Shown: positions 1-12,307 of the stretch, piece after piece | Numbering within the stretch: the first letter of the stretch is position 1 | How the letters are laid out: every line of letters starts with the position of its first letter | Translations under genes and position numbers: made by a program | Assembly: GCA_030141605.1 (NCBI GenBank) | Contig: JAQGDQ010000056.1 | Span: 620,001-684,000, forward strand | From: Tubiluchus corallicola | Taxonomy: Eukaryota > Animalia > Priapulida | Length of the DNA: 64,000 nucleotides | Direction: 5' to 3' | The notes under the pieces: generated by a model | Seen by the model: only the letters and a program-made list of their open reading frames with translations | What the model was told of the DNA's origin: nothing | Database searches by the model: none

Positions 1-997
1 AGTCACCAACTATGCCAAGTAACACACAATTATGTGACTAACACACTAGTAGTTATTGGCAAATTTAGTATTTTTTTCCTACTGGAAATGGAGACAGGCA
101 ACCAAAACATCTGTCTGTCCCCATTTTTCAGTGTGTGGAGAGTCTTATACAACACTAATTTTGTACAGCAATTTGACAGAATCACATAGCATATTTTTCC
201 TTGCATACCTACTTGCATTTCTTCTCTCAGTCTGTAGTAAACAGTGCAAGCGTTATTGAGTTCGGTGGTCAGTACACGTATGACGCATGGCTGATAAGTA
301 ATTGTATCTAATGGCATCACAAGCAGTGAAGAGAACAGAGCTTTTAATAAGCAAATATGAATTTCGTGTAAGAAGCATGGAAATATTAACTGCATTTTAG
401 CTATTTTTGCTTTTTCAAAACAGTTCGTTCAGTGTGCAAGTAAGTGGTACAGTTCAAATCTAGCATGTGCCACAGAGAATGTCATTAACATTGTAGCATT
501 GTAATAATAAGTAGCGAGTGAAAACTTTTTGTTATTTGACATTTAGATGCTTCTTAGAAGACTAGATTAATTTCAAGTACACAATAAACATTAGGCTACA
601 ATTTTGTGTAAGCGGGCAATGCTAATTGCGTACATCGATTTCGAAAAACATTTTGTTAATACGGAGATGTAGCAAACATAGCAAGCTTAGGAGACCAGTG
701 AACAGATGATTTCTATATATCCCCAGGCAGATTCACCTGGATTTTCAGGAGGACCGGTATTAAATTTGCACCCTGCATAGTGAATAATACTGTAAAAGCA
801 GTTTGCCAAATTCCCACTGATGGCTATGGTTATGTGACAAATACAGAAAATTAAAACATTTAGCAAATGAACCGATTTTTTGCTTTATATTTGGAAAATC
901 TAGTAAGCATCACCAAAGAAAAAAATGCTAGTACGTAATAGAAAATATTAATGCAAAATTTAATATTGATATATAAAGATAAATAGGGCTTACTAAC

Positions 998-2035
998 CTG
1001 CTATTTGTTCTTCAGTCAACTGATCTGCCTGAAAGATAATAAACAAGGATATTATATAGCTACTATGTAACATACAGTTAATAACTTTTAAAGAGAAACT
1101 AATTTATTGTTTGTACAACTCTAGGTAAGTTTGAGTACAAGACTACAAGTAGTAATTTCAGTAACAATACAATTACACTGTACCCATTGCTCACTAACTC
1201 GCTATTAATTTGGTCCTCTTAAAATGGTCCTGTCACAGCTTATGAAGATTATTTAACATAAAAACATCTTTATTCTTACAGTACATTTTCATAAACATGT
1301 TAAAATATATAGTTCAGCATAATGGACAGTGACTATGTAGTATGTTACAGGCAAAGTGCGAAAGAGGGCATTCTATGAAATGCCCAGACATTTTAATGAG
1401 TACCAAAACAAACCAGGTATAATGGCTAAAATGATTTCTTCTACACTTTTCCTATGCACTATAAAGCAAAAGTTTTATTACGCAAAGTATGTAAATCTTT
1501 TGTTTTGGATATACTCTGTTCATGAGCATTTTATAATTAAAACGTTGCATAAATTTTAGATAAAGTAAAGGATAACAGAATGATCAACTGTCTTGAGGAA
1601 ATTTTTCTCTAGTGTATTATATAATGCCAATTTTGTTCTAGAGAATGAGCGAAATAAGCAGCACTGCCAAATGAAATTCGACTAGGTCTACATCACTAAT
1701 TAGTACACACGCCTTGTTATACAGCTGCAGACTTGCAGTAGCAAATGCTTAGTGTAAATGTCTGGACATAAACACACAACAAATAATCATAAAACTGAAA
1801 TACTAAATCATTTTTACATACAAATATTTATTCTACTATACGAAATAACTAAGTTTAACATGCCGGCGGAAGCGGTATTTCCTTTGGCGGCAACGAACCA
1901 CGTAATGTTATGTTCAACAGAATGAAGTGAAATTAGCTAAATTAAAGTTATTGTTAATTATGACGAAATAAACAATCTAATCTTTGGTAGGGAGTACAAT
2001 TATAAAACGCTCAAGTAAACAAACTTACTTACCAT
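998..2035 (-). CDS. CALM: Calmodulin, 5' part (exon 1 ATG only at 2033-2035; exon 2 at 998-1028); gene continues off the left edge
   Basis: Minus strand reads ATG|gtaagt at 2035-2033. It then reads ttcag|GCAGATCAGTTGACTGAAGAACAAATAGCAG|gttagt at 1028-998, giving M-ADQLTEEQIA-(E), the invariant calmodulin N-terminus. An ATG-only exon plus a 31-nt exon 2 is the vertebrate-type CALM structure. Confidence 0.93.
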
Positions 2036-2299
2036 GATGATTAAAAAACTATGAATTGAATAGTCGTAAAATCCAACGCACACGGTGCCAAAATAACCTG
2101 AATGAACTACTTTTTCCAGCTAGGTAGGTTTGATATCACTCCGCTTCGGTTTTGTTAGTTGTATAGTTCACGGCAAATAACTTTCAGGTCGAACGGAATA
2201 AACAAATTTTGGAGAGTTGTTAGTAATAAACGCGAATATCAACAACTGTTTACAGTTAAAAGTAATTTCTGTAATAGTCAGTAAAAGGTAACTGCATCA

Positions 2300-2440
2300 A
2301 ATTTACTGCACTTGGATTGCCCGCCGGAGTGATAAGGCGCTACTAAAAGAACCCGCCAGACGTTTTAAAAGAGCGTAGCTGATTGGCCGCGTTGTATCTG
2401 CAATGCGGAATTCATGCAGTTTTACTTTATTGGACTGCAA
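2300..2440 (-). promoter_or_regulatory. Probable calmodulin promoter region with CCAAT boxes
   Basis: Locally GC/CpG-richer segment about 270-400 bp upstream of the CaM ATG. It contains CTGATTGGC (~2379) and ATTGG (~2429), i.e. CCAAT on the - strand. Confidence 0.4.
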
Positions 2441-2690
2441 TTTTAGTCGTTTCACCGAATGAGAAGGCTGTGCATGAAAAACGATTCAACAGAATAGAAT
2501 GGAAATTTCAGACGGATCTTTAATTACTTTTTTTTAGATACCTGGAGATAATTTTTAATGACAAGAATAAAATATAATAAAAGAAAATATTATATTCATT
2601 ATTTTTTATTAATTACTTTAGAAAGGGACTGATTAAATATGTCTTTCCACAATTAAAGGAAATCCAAGGGAAAAATTTTATAATGAGCTA

Positions 2691-3569
2691 CCGTCAACGG
2701 GGGGGGGGGGGGGTGAATAGGGACAAAACCACTACATTGATAGAGTAAGCAATGCACAGTTCATTATAATTTTGTAAACCAACCCGATGCATGTACTGTC
2801 TACCAAAGACTATTGTCAATGTAAAGTCACTAGTGGTTTTAGTGGCAACTGTAAACCAAAGGCATATTAATAACACAAAAAATAATGGCTATCTAAACTT
2901 TTATTGACTGACCTACTCAGTGGGCCAGATGTGGTTATTTAGCAGCTGGCCGTTTGAGTGACTTGTCTTCAATAACCTTTTTTCAGTTTTGAGTCACTCT
3001 ATTTTTTGTGAGTTTTTGAGCAGTTTACTTAGTTTGATATAAACAACAGGGTGAATCCGGACAGCTTGCCACGCACGTGTCTGTGCTGGAGCACACTTCA
3101 AGAAAACAACACAAGAACAACGCAGTACAATGAGCAAATTGTAGGAGCTACAGCTAGCCCATTCAGAAAATGTTAGGTTTAGCTCTAAGATATGAGATCA
3201 ATTGGAGAGAACGGCGAATTTTGATGTTTGATGATATGCAACAGATTGTGCTACCTAGGAGCAGTGCTATCTAACCAAGCTTTGTAAATTTATCCTAGAT
3301 ATCAAAGTACTTTATTTTGTAAAACACGTTTTCACCTCTTGTAATGCAAGATGGGCACAAGAACTAAAAACAAGGCTGTCCCTATTCATCCCAAAATGCG
3401 GGGTTAATAGGGACACTGGTTTTTAAATAAAAATCATAAGAACAGTACCTTCAAAAAATAGATTATGTATGTGGCCATATGACTACCAAATAAAATTTAG
3501 AATAAAAACTAACAAAAATGTTATGGAGTTTGAAGATAAAAAATTGTCCCTATTCACCTCGTTTCACAG
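2691..3569. mobile_element. Non-autonomous TA-flanked TIR element (Tc1/mariner-pogo-like MITE)
   Basis: Left end ta|ccgtcaacg(g)nGTGAATAGGGACAA; right end TTGTCCCTATTCACCtcgtttcacag|ta. Inverted termini, TA on both flanks, internal copies of the motif near 3050, 3375 and 3400. No transposase ORF. Confidence 0.75.
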
Positions 3570-6500
3570 TATGTATCCATGCAAATATACGTGAACACTT
3601 GCGTGTTTTTGTTCCGTGGTTAGCGTTGTATTGATAGCATTATTGATGGAAAGCCTAATCCGAATGGGGGTTGATGGCACAAGAAGTGGTATCGAAGAAT
3701 CGCGGATGTGAGTTTTTGATACTAAAAGTGACCAACCTTGGCCATGTATGGTTGCATGTCGTCGAAAATTGATTAATCAATTAACTAAAAAAGCAAAAAA
3801 AAATCAGCGATACCTAGATAAATGTTAAATTAACGTTATAAAAATATTAAGAATATTTTCGAGGCAGACGTGAAATGAAAATAGTAGTGTCTAGAATTTT
3901 TTAGTAGTGTTGCAAATGTATTGTTAAACGGTGTTACCACTGAATTACTAACACATGACCTAGCATGTACTGTGATGTTCAATCCGTGCAAAGGCCATGG
4001 AAGGGAAGTTCACTTGAGCACAATAACGTAATTTTTCGGCCCTTACAAAAATTAGTAAAAATGGCGTAATAGTAACAAGAAAATAACCAGAAAATTTAAA
4101 TTATTAGTGTTATTATTATTCACTAAATATTTTTTATTTTTTTTTTGTCGGATGTGAACCTGTTAAGCGATGTGCGGCTGTTGGTTACACTGCTTTCCAG
4201 ACTAGAACAAGTAGGTTGCGCCATCTAGGCACAGTTTGAGCAATAGTATTACATGTAAGATGTAATATTATTGTTTCATCTGTGACCTAGGCTTGTTATT
4301 AATAGATGAGTAGACTGTTATCAGAAGATGAGTAAAACAGCAAATCTAAAAAAATAACAATAATCACCAAAGTAATCATAAATATCGTTAAAAAATATAG
4401 GTATTCGGTGGGTTATTTCAGTGACAGTGTGCTTGTTTTACACTAGATATAGATATAGATAATTTATTTCGCACACCCGGAGAAAAGTTTAATCTGAAGT
4501 GTTACAAACTTTAAAAAGGTACTGCTGCTTTTCTAGTAAAAATGAGAAGGGCATATTTCGACATTCTAATTTCGTGATTTCGCACTTATTGTTCGATCCA
4601 TTAGTTCTTGACAAGTAAGTAAGTAAATAAGTAAGCATAAGCAAGCAAGCACTTGGTTTTATTTCAAACACAGGATTCGCAAAACATATTATAGCGAAAA
4701 ACTAAAATTTACAAAAACTATAAGATTAAATTAATAGTAAAGGTGCGGCTAAAATTTACAATTCCCGCACATAAGAAATTAGTTCGTGAAGCGAATTAGG
4801 GTTAGAGTTAAATTTAGCATTAGGAGTAAGGTATTCAGGTTCTCGGGGGAATTGAAAGCTCCTTCTAAAAGTGTTTATAATTATGATAAACAGCTCACAG
4901 CATGAAGATTTCGTGTGCGTGTATTACCAATCGTAGACGGGTATAGCGCTTCTAAATTTAGTTTTTGTTGGACTGGTTTTGTGTTCGGATCCGTTTTTCG
5001 GAAATTGTCCTTGCAGAGAGTTTTATTAGGCCCACCAGTATTATCTAATCACGTTTTTTTTATATTATGAATTTATCGGCAATCATTGCACATGAAGTAT
5101 ATTTTTGACAAATAAAATTCTTTATTGTAGTTGTTATATACATGCAAGTACACAAATAAAATGATTATGTATAACTAGATATCAACCAGGTAATAAGGCT
5201 CTAAGGTAGTAAGATGCACGTCTAAAAGCAGTGACTTAATACGTATCCAGCGTATAAGTCAACGTAAAACACAGCTATGCGTAACGCAGCTCTAAACGGG
5301 TGCATAAAAAACTATCAAATGATTTTTGCCACAGTAACGCATAACGTATTCCGTGTGTCTGGTAAGCGCTGCTAAAAATTACCAATATCAGCATAAAGCG
5401 AATGTCATATTGTCTTTTTGAATTGAATATTATTAAGTTGATTAAAATGTCATCATACATACGCGTGAAATGCACAATGATGGTGAATAATTCACGTAGG
5501 TCAGTGTCAAGAAATTGTATTCTAAAGACATTAAACTGTATATATTATAACATGCAATAACTATAATTTAAATAACTGTTTTATTTGCTATTTTATTATC
5601 GTAGAAAAATAGTTTCAAACAAACAGCTTCGCTCGCTCGTTTTATTTTTAGTTATTGTTAGCAGCTGTAGGTGGCACTACGTGCATATTTGCTCAGAAAT
5701 AGGATCACTAGGGCATATCATTAAATATTAAATATTTACTGTGGTAGTACTACACGCGTAAAAGATACGTTACAGGCCTAACACAATTGTTGGCCATTTC
5801 TATAATAAAATATATATTTTTGTTTATAGTTGACACGTAGTTTGTTCGTACATTAAATATATCTGTTACAACTCTTGAAATTCCGCGTTATTTTATAGTT
5901 CTCAGTTCTCAAACCTACTTCCTGATCGAGATTGAAACATTTCCAAATAACATTACGAATTATGTAAAAGGAATTTTGAACTAGTCGATTCCGATAAAAA
6001 TTTTAGTTCGATATCCTTTTATTGTAACAGAATTTGAGTTTATATCAGTTAATTTCTGTTTGCAGGTTCGTTTCTGAGCTATTTGTATCCGTTGCAGAGT
6101 AAAAGTATGTGTATTTAAGCCAGCATAAAAATTGTCAGCAGCAAATCTTATATGTTATACCGTGCAACTCAAATTGTGCAACGCAAAAGCAAGTTTATCA
6201 GAATTTTCGTTTTTTTTGTAAAGTATTACCGAAAGCTGGATAAATTTGTTTATGAAGCTTTGACAATTAAGCAAATCAAGCCACATTAAGATTAATATGC
6301 ACTCAGATTTAGTTCAGCGTAAACTATTTGATTAGTTCCCCCAGCGATATAAAAATAGATTTTATTAGAGTCATGTATTTTAAAAAATAACTCTAGATTT
6401 TATCATTAGCAATGGCCGTGAAATACCGCAGAAAAAGTTTAAATATAGCTACTACCCGCTGCATATTGATTGAGTTTGATATCGCCATGATAAAGAAACT

Positions 6501-8056
6501 AGGAAAAACAAGAGAAAAATCAAAAAAAAAGTTAAAAAGGACAGAGGAAAGAGACTTAAATGATTACTTTAATTGAAAGTATGAGAAAAATACCAATAAG
6601 TTGTGAACTAAACGCTGTCGACAATCCTATTTATGCTGTAGAAGCCCGAGCTCGGATTTGATTCGTATTTTGTCGCAGACACCGGACCGCGATCTATTTG
6701 TGAGCACAGAAAAAATGGACTGCATTTGCTGTTTCCATTAAAAAGAATCACACCGATATGTTTGCACTCATTTTAAATAGAAAGTTTGAAATGCATTTTT
6801 AAACTACATGCTTATTCGCACGGGAGAAAATTCCCCAAAAAGTAAACGATATTTGCTATGTAAATTTGTATGTTGCCCAGGCCTGCTTTCGAAATACTGT
6901 AAGTACAACAATGGCGCATCTAATTATACGGAACATAGAATAACAAAATACTTTATGCAATAGGGTACTTCCAGATGAACAATTCCTGATATTTCAAAAA
7001 TTCGAAAGAAATAATGAGCTATTTTTCTATTTGCAAACATGTCTATAACATGGTCCGTACAATGATGAGTATGCATTTAAAAAGCGTAAAGGAACACTAT
7101 GAGTCAAATTGGATAATGGCAGCCAGGCTGAGCCAGCGCAGGGGTAGGGAGGAAACTTCATAAGGGGTGGGGGGCGCTGCGAGAATTTACTCTACCCCGA
7201 TTTGAACGATTTTCAGATATGAGCAACAAAAATGGTCCACGTAATTATAGAGGACATGGAATAACATAATATCTAAAAAACAAAATATTTATAGTTATGC
7301 GTGTCTATGATGTAGAGAAATAATATTATTCCTAAAACGTTTTATTAAAAGGTCATGATTCTAACAAAACACAAGTTCAATGTTGATGCTTTTACCGACA
7401 AAAATCACTGTCTAATATACTTTTTGAAATGTTTCAGAAAGTAAAGAAAAGTAATAGCAGTAATGGTCTGTATATTCTATTTTTGCAAACATGTCTGTAA
7501 CAATGTTTTTACTTTGATGAGCAGTGTAAAAGAGCGTATGTGGTTTTAGTGAACCAAATTTGGTAGCAGATGTTATCACGAACATAAGAAGCTAAGAAAA
7601 AACAATTTGCAATACTAAAAATGCTTTAACAGCAACCACTAAAAAGTGGTGCAGCATGTAAGCGATTTTTGAATTTTAAAGAAGAATTATTTATCTTGGA
7701 AGTGCTTCAGTTTTGCCCTGAAAGTGTACAATTCGGTTGTGAGGGTTTCCCCGTACCCCCTTGTACGCCTATAGCGGGCTGTTACTATTAATGACTCGAA
7801 TATTATGAAATCTAAAATAATCGCATGTATAAGAAATGTTATCATAGCTCTAATGAAAAGATGCAGCAGCGCAAGTGATTCTTAAATTGTTAAATACTAA
7901 GCTTGAAAATCTAAAACAGAATTATTTGTCCTGAAAACAACCAACCCGGGAAGGCGGCGAGGGATCCCAGCCTCGAAGGATGCCACGCCTGTATGACAGG
8001 AATCGAGAACGCTGTTATTTTACTTGTTGTGTTTCAATTGAAAAGCCTGGTTGAAC

Positions 8057-8585
8057 AAGTGCCTAAATCACATTTTGGTAAATTTCAAATCAATAGCTTA
8101 TATAGAGCATATATAACCTTTTCTTTGTATTTCTAAGCATAGAAAACGTTCAAGTTAACTCAAAAAGTATATAAAACATAGGTATGTCATAATGGTACAC
8201 ACAAAACGTACATACTGGTCAAATTTCATAGGTCCCGAAAATTTTACAGTTTGTGATTATATACCCCTGAAAATTGCAATCAAAAGTGAGGCAAAAACGC
8301 GGAAGAGGCTCGTTAATAGTACTCATTTGTAAAAGTCTGCTTTTAAACTGCTTTTAGTGTATTTTTTTAAAGATCATATATGGAGATTTTCGCTTTCTAG
8401 TCGGTTAAGCCATCTTCGTCCACAAAACTTTATTTTTTAAAATGTGTAAATAAAGTGAACAAATTTAATCGTACTGTTGCAGTCCACTTTAGGTTTGTTT
8501 GAAAAAAATATCGACCCTGAAAATAAAAAAAAACAAATTTTGTTTTTTTTCCTCTTAGAATGACACCTATGTGACTTAGGCACTT
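8057..8585. mobile_element. MITE-like element with 17-bp terminal inverted repeats
   Basis: AAGTGCCTAAATCACAT (8057-8073) versus ATGTGACTTAGGCACTT (8569-8585): 16/17 inverted match. No clean TSD. Confidence 0.55.
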
Positions 8586-9379
8586 ATCCCATCAGAACTA
8601 GAACATCAACAGTAAAACCACTTTCTTCTTCCAACGTTTTGATTTTGTTTTTGGGTGAGAATTAGAGATGGAAAGATGGTTTAATCACATCCTATCATAC
8701 AATAAATAGCTGGTTGGCTTTTGAATTTTCGCGGGAGTTAGTGAAATTCGGTTGAGATTGTAAACCTATTTTTGTGTTTCAATACATTCTTGCTTCCCCA
8801 AACCGTCGTTTTGCTCGGTTAGTAGGGTTGTTGCATTTTGTGTTTTTAATTCTTTCAAGATTTCAGTGACAAAGTAATACACAGGTAACATAGCTTGCAG
8901 CTGCAGGGTATGGCTTTTGTTCCCAGAACCAAAGAATACGTTATACATGATGAAATACCCGGACTTTAGGATTTATTAGATCATAGTTTGAGCTTCATTG
9001 TCAAACCTTTTTCCCCAACTATGGGACTACTCCTTAGCCAGATACTACAAGGTTTCTGACATGGGAGGTCCCTAGCACCAACTTCTCTAGCTCGTTACTT
9101 TCATCAACAACACCGTTGCCTTATTGAAAAAAGGTGTAAAGTGAACAATAAGCAAGGAAATTGGCTCATTGGTAAATAAAAGGAAACGTCAGTTGATATA
9201 CGGCTTAATGTCCTGCTGTTGTTGTTGCAATGTACGTATGTGGCAGGAAAAGATTTCTGTGTGTTAAAAAGTAGATGTACCAGGTGTACAATGATATCAG
9301 CTAAAGTTGTTGTAAAATACGGTAGGTATAGGATTTACAAATGTTATCCGAATACCGAATGTAAGTGAAATTGGTGCTA

Positions 9380-10087
9380 GAAAAAAGGTCACAAATGGAA
9401 AAGTGGGAAAAAATGACACTATGTGTTATTTTGACACAAATAATTTCTATAATGAAACAAGAATAGCATTCAATAGGAAGAAAACCTCAATCAATTAAAG
9501 TCCAACAATCCTAAACTGGACTTGTTCGTCTGGATCTTTTGTAGAAACAAAAAAACAGAAGAAAGACAAACATACTTATATAAACAAGTAAATATTACAT
9601 GGACTAAGGGAAAAACTCGCAAAATATTTTGTTTCTAAGAAAGAATTATAATTAACAATGCATGAACATTCTAGAGTCCTAGACAGTGTTGTCTGCAATT
9701 CTTTGACATTTTGAAGATGGTAATACTAGTAAACTGACTGATACAACGTATTAACATACTAAAGTCAGCTTAAAATGTTATAACATAACTTATTATATAA
9801 GCAACGGTTGTAAACAGCGTTACACAGTTTTCTAAGCAGGAATTTCTCAAAATGTAACCTGGAGCTAATTCGTAGTAGCTCGTTCTGATCAGTTTTTGCG
9901 TAAATCATTTTGTAAAACAAACTAAGACATCAACGGCGATGAAAATATAACCTTCTTACAGAAGTAATCATGTAAACAAATAAACGGCGTTGAAAACATG
10001 TAACCTCCATGGGAGGTAACTCTAAGTCTAAACTCTTAATTTAAGTGTGCCGTTTTTTCCCACTTTTCCAAATGTGCCTCTTTTTCC
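9380..10087. mobile_element. Inverted-repeat element (MITE-like), with nested Helentron-like termini
   Basis: About 40-bp inverted repeats at 9380-9419 and 10047-10087, with a perfect 18-bp core (TGGAAAAGTGGGAAAAAA / TTTTTTCCCACTTTTCCA). Two internal related copies of gaaaa.at..aacct.c......g.aggtaa at ~9940-10020. Confidence 0.55.
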
Positions 10088-11339
10088 TGTGCCATTCTTT
10101 CGGTGCAGCGTCATAGATTTTTATTTTTGCATGTAAAACGCAACATAGTAATAATATTCTTTTAGTTTACCAACTTACAGGAGTTAAACACTGCGAAAAC
10201 TAGTCTGAAAATTATAGCGTCTTGCGGGCTGACAATTTCATTGTCGGTAAAATTTTGCCTTATAAGGTGTAAGTATGCTTTGTGGTTTCGTTATTTTCTT
10301 GATCATGTTAGTTTGCTTGTTAATTCGATTATAATAACATGCATTTTCAAACTAATGTAAATAAACAAAACTTCAAAATCGTTAAAAAGAAAGCTATAAT
10401 ATGGTGTCTATAGTATCACTGTAAGAACTCATTAATGTAGATCTGCCCATTTCTTCATTATTTGATTGATGGTTGTCTGACCACACAAAGTATTTGTAAT
10501 GTTGAGTAACTACGATTAGCAATGGTATTGTTTAAACAGTTGCTGCTGATTGGCAATTCTGACCTAGGGCGGATCAAGACCTGCCCCCTGGCGGTCTAAA
10601 ACCTGCCTACCAATGTCCATGTGTATTTTTTACACAAACCGCTTCAACATAACACCGAGATAATTCTTACAATTTATCTATACAATTTTAGTAGTCTTGT
10701 TTTTTGATAGGCAGATTGTATCTGTGTCTGTGTTTGTATTTATATTTGTATCTATATAATTACAAATGTAGTAATTTATGAGCAAAAATACATATAATTT
10801 TTTGTTAAATCGTCCCAAACCTCATGTGTCTACTGAAAGTAAAGCTTTGCATATTATAAATTATAATATAGGTTAGAAATTTAATTATAAAATATTTATT
10901 TTCGATTTAAATTTCTTTGCGATATTTTAGGGAAAATGTGTAAAATGTGTTGATTATAATTATAATGATGATACTCATGTATTATTGCTGTGGTTACGTA
11001 TTTCTCTAGTTTGCCGAAAAGATAATGTTGCGTTTGTTTCGGCAACGGTTGCTCTGCACATCGGATAAACTTACAAATGAGTGAATTAATAAAAGAGTGA
11101 CTGAATAAATAAACGATAGATTCAACAAGAACAATTACACATACATAGGCAGGCAAGGAGGCACAGAAACAAATAAGCGCAGACAAGCGAACTAACAAAC
11201 AAAGTAATACAAGGTTAAATTCTGACAATAACGAGCTGGCTTTTTCGGTCCTTAAAGCACAAGAAAAGCCTGTATTTACGTAAAGCTAAAGATAAAAAAT
11301 CGTCTTCAAATTTTGCATCACTTAAATACTGCCTTATTG

Positions 11340-11765
11340 CGCACAGAGCTTGTATTAGTAACAACGCTTTATAAAACTTGAAAATTTACTATAGAACTTC
11401 ACTCCCGCGATGACCGTTAGGCGCAGCAATTTTGACGTTAGGTCATTTGAAACAAGTTTAGATAACATTGCGTAAAGTTTTAAAAAGTAATCATAGCATT
11501 CGTAGTGCATATTTCACTAACTAAGCTAAAGCATAAATTACTGTATCTTGTCAATAAGATTAAAATACGTTTTTGTGAGTCAGAGTGGTGCACACATAGG
11601 GAAGGTGAGACAGTGACATTTACCAGTTGGCGAGAACATTTTATATTACTAGGAATTTTCTTTTCTGGTTACATAAGTCTTTCAAGCAGGTAAGCGTAAT
11701 GCTAAGTAATATTACTTTCTGTGGAAGGTTTTTTGGGGTATACTTTAAAATTGCTTTTTCTTCCC
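11340..11765 (+). repeat. Interspersed repeat, copy 1 (copy 2 at ~52584-52985)
   Basis: Collinear shared blocks in the same orientation: ACAGAGCTTGT, TATAAAACTTGAAAATT, TTAGGCGCAGC, AAGTTTAGATAACATT, TATCTTGTCAATAAGATT. Confidence 0.8.
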
Positions 11766-12108
11766 CTTTAAGTAAAAAATTACAATTAAAAGGTAATCGA
11801 TTAAAAATTGTTAGTATTTGCTACGGATTTTTTATGCGAAAACTTTGACATAAAGCAGCGAATGCCATTAGCGCTAATGACATTCCACGACAAAAATGAT
11901 CTACTTTTCTGATTTTTATTGTAGCATATCTGTGCATACATAACAGCTGTATCTCACCAGAATAATGTATTGCTTTTGTCACTCCTGTATGCAAAATACT
12001 TACTACAAACTATTAATCCATTCTCCCTTTTGTCAAAGAAACAGAAATCTCTTGTTTCAGAACTGGAAAATCGTAACGTGGATGAGTCTTTTGTTCTCAA
12101 ACGTCAAA

Positions 12109-12270
12109 TGTAAACAGCCTGTTCTGCATGCGACTTTTCTAATGGCTGACCTGTAAACAGATATAAAAGACAAGAAATTACAAAAGCCAGCATCATTTTG
12201 TTGACGGCCATTGACTAGTGTACATTTGACCAGCGAAAGCGTAACACAGGAAGGTTAATATTGTAAACAG
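12109..12270 (+). promoter_or_regulatory. Fox gene core promoter: TATA box flanked by three forkhead-binding consensus sites
   Basis: TATAAAA at 12162-12168. TGTAAACAG at 12109, 12152 and 12262. ATG at 12308. Confidence 0.55.
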
Positions 12271-12307
12271 AGTATTTGTGTTTTAGAAGTTTTCATACTT
12301 TGTTGAA

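Noticed and set aside
30-395. 121-aa minus-strand ORF and overlapping short ORFs
   Set aside because: They lie in calmodulin intron 2 and have no EF-hand or other recognisable motif.
3646-6107. Possible two-exon micro-gene (MESLIRMGVDG...|gtgagt joined to the acceptor at ~6064)
   Set aside because: It would give a 32-aa peptide with no recognisable homology. Such splice-like sites occur by chance.
7019-7540. Two similar ~70-bp segments (TTTGCAAACATGTCT) and G-rich/C-rich hAT-like ends around 7140 and 7770
   Set aside because: Too degraded to define termini or a TSD.
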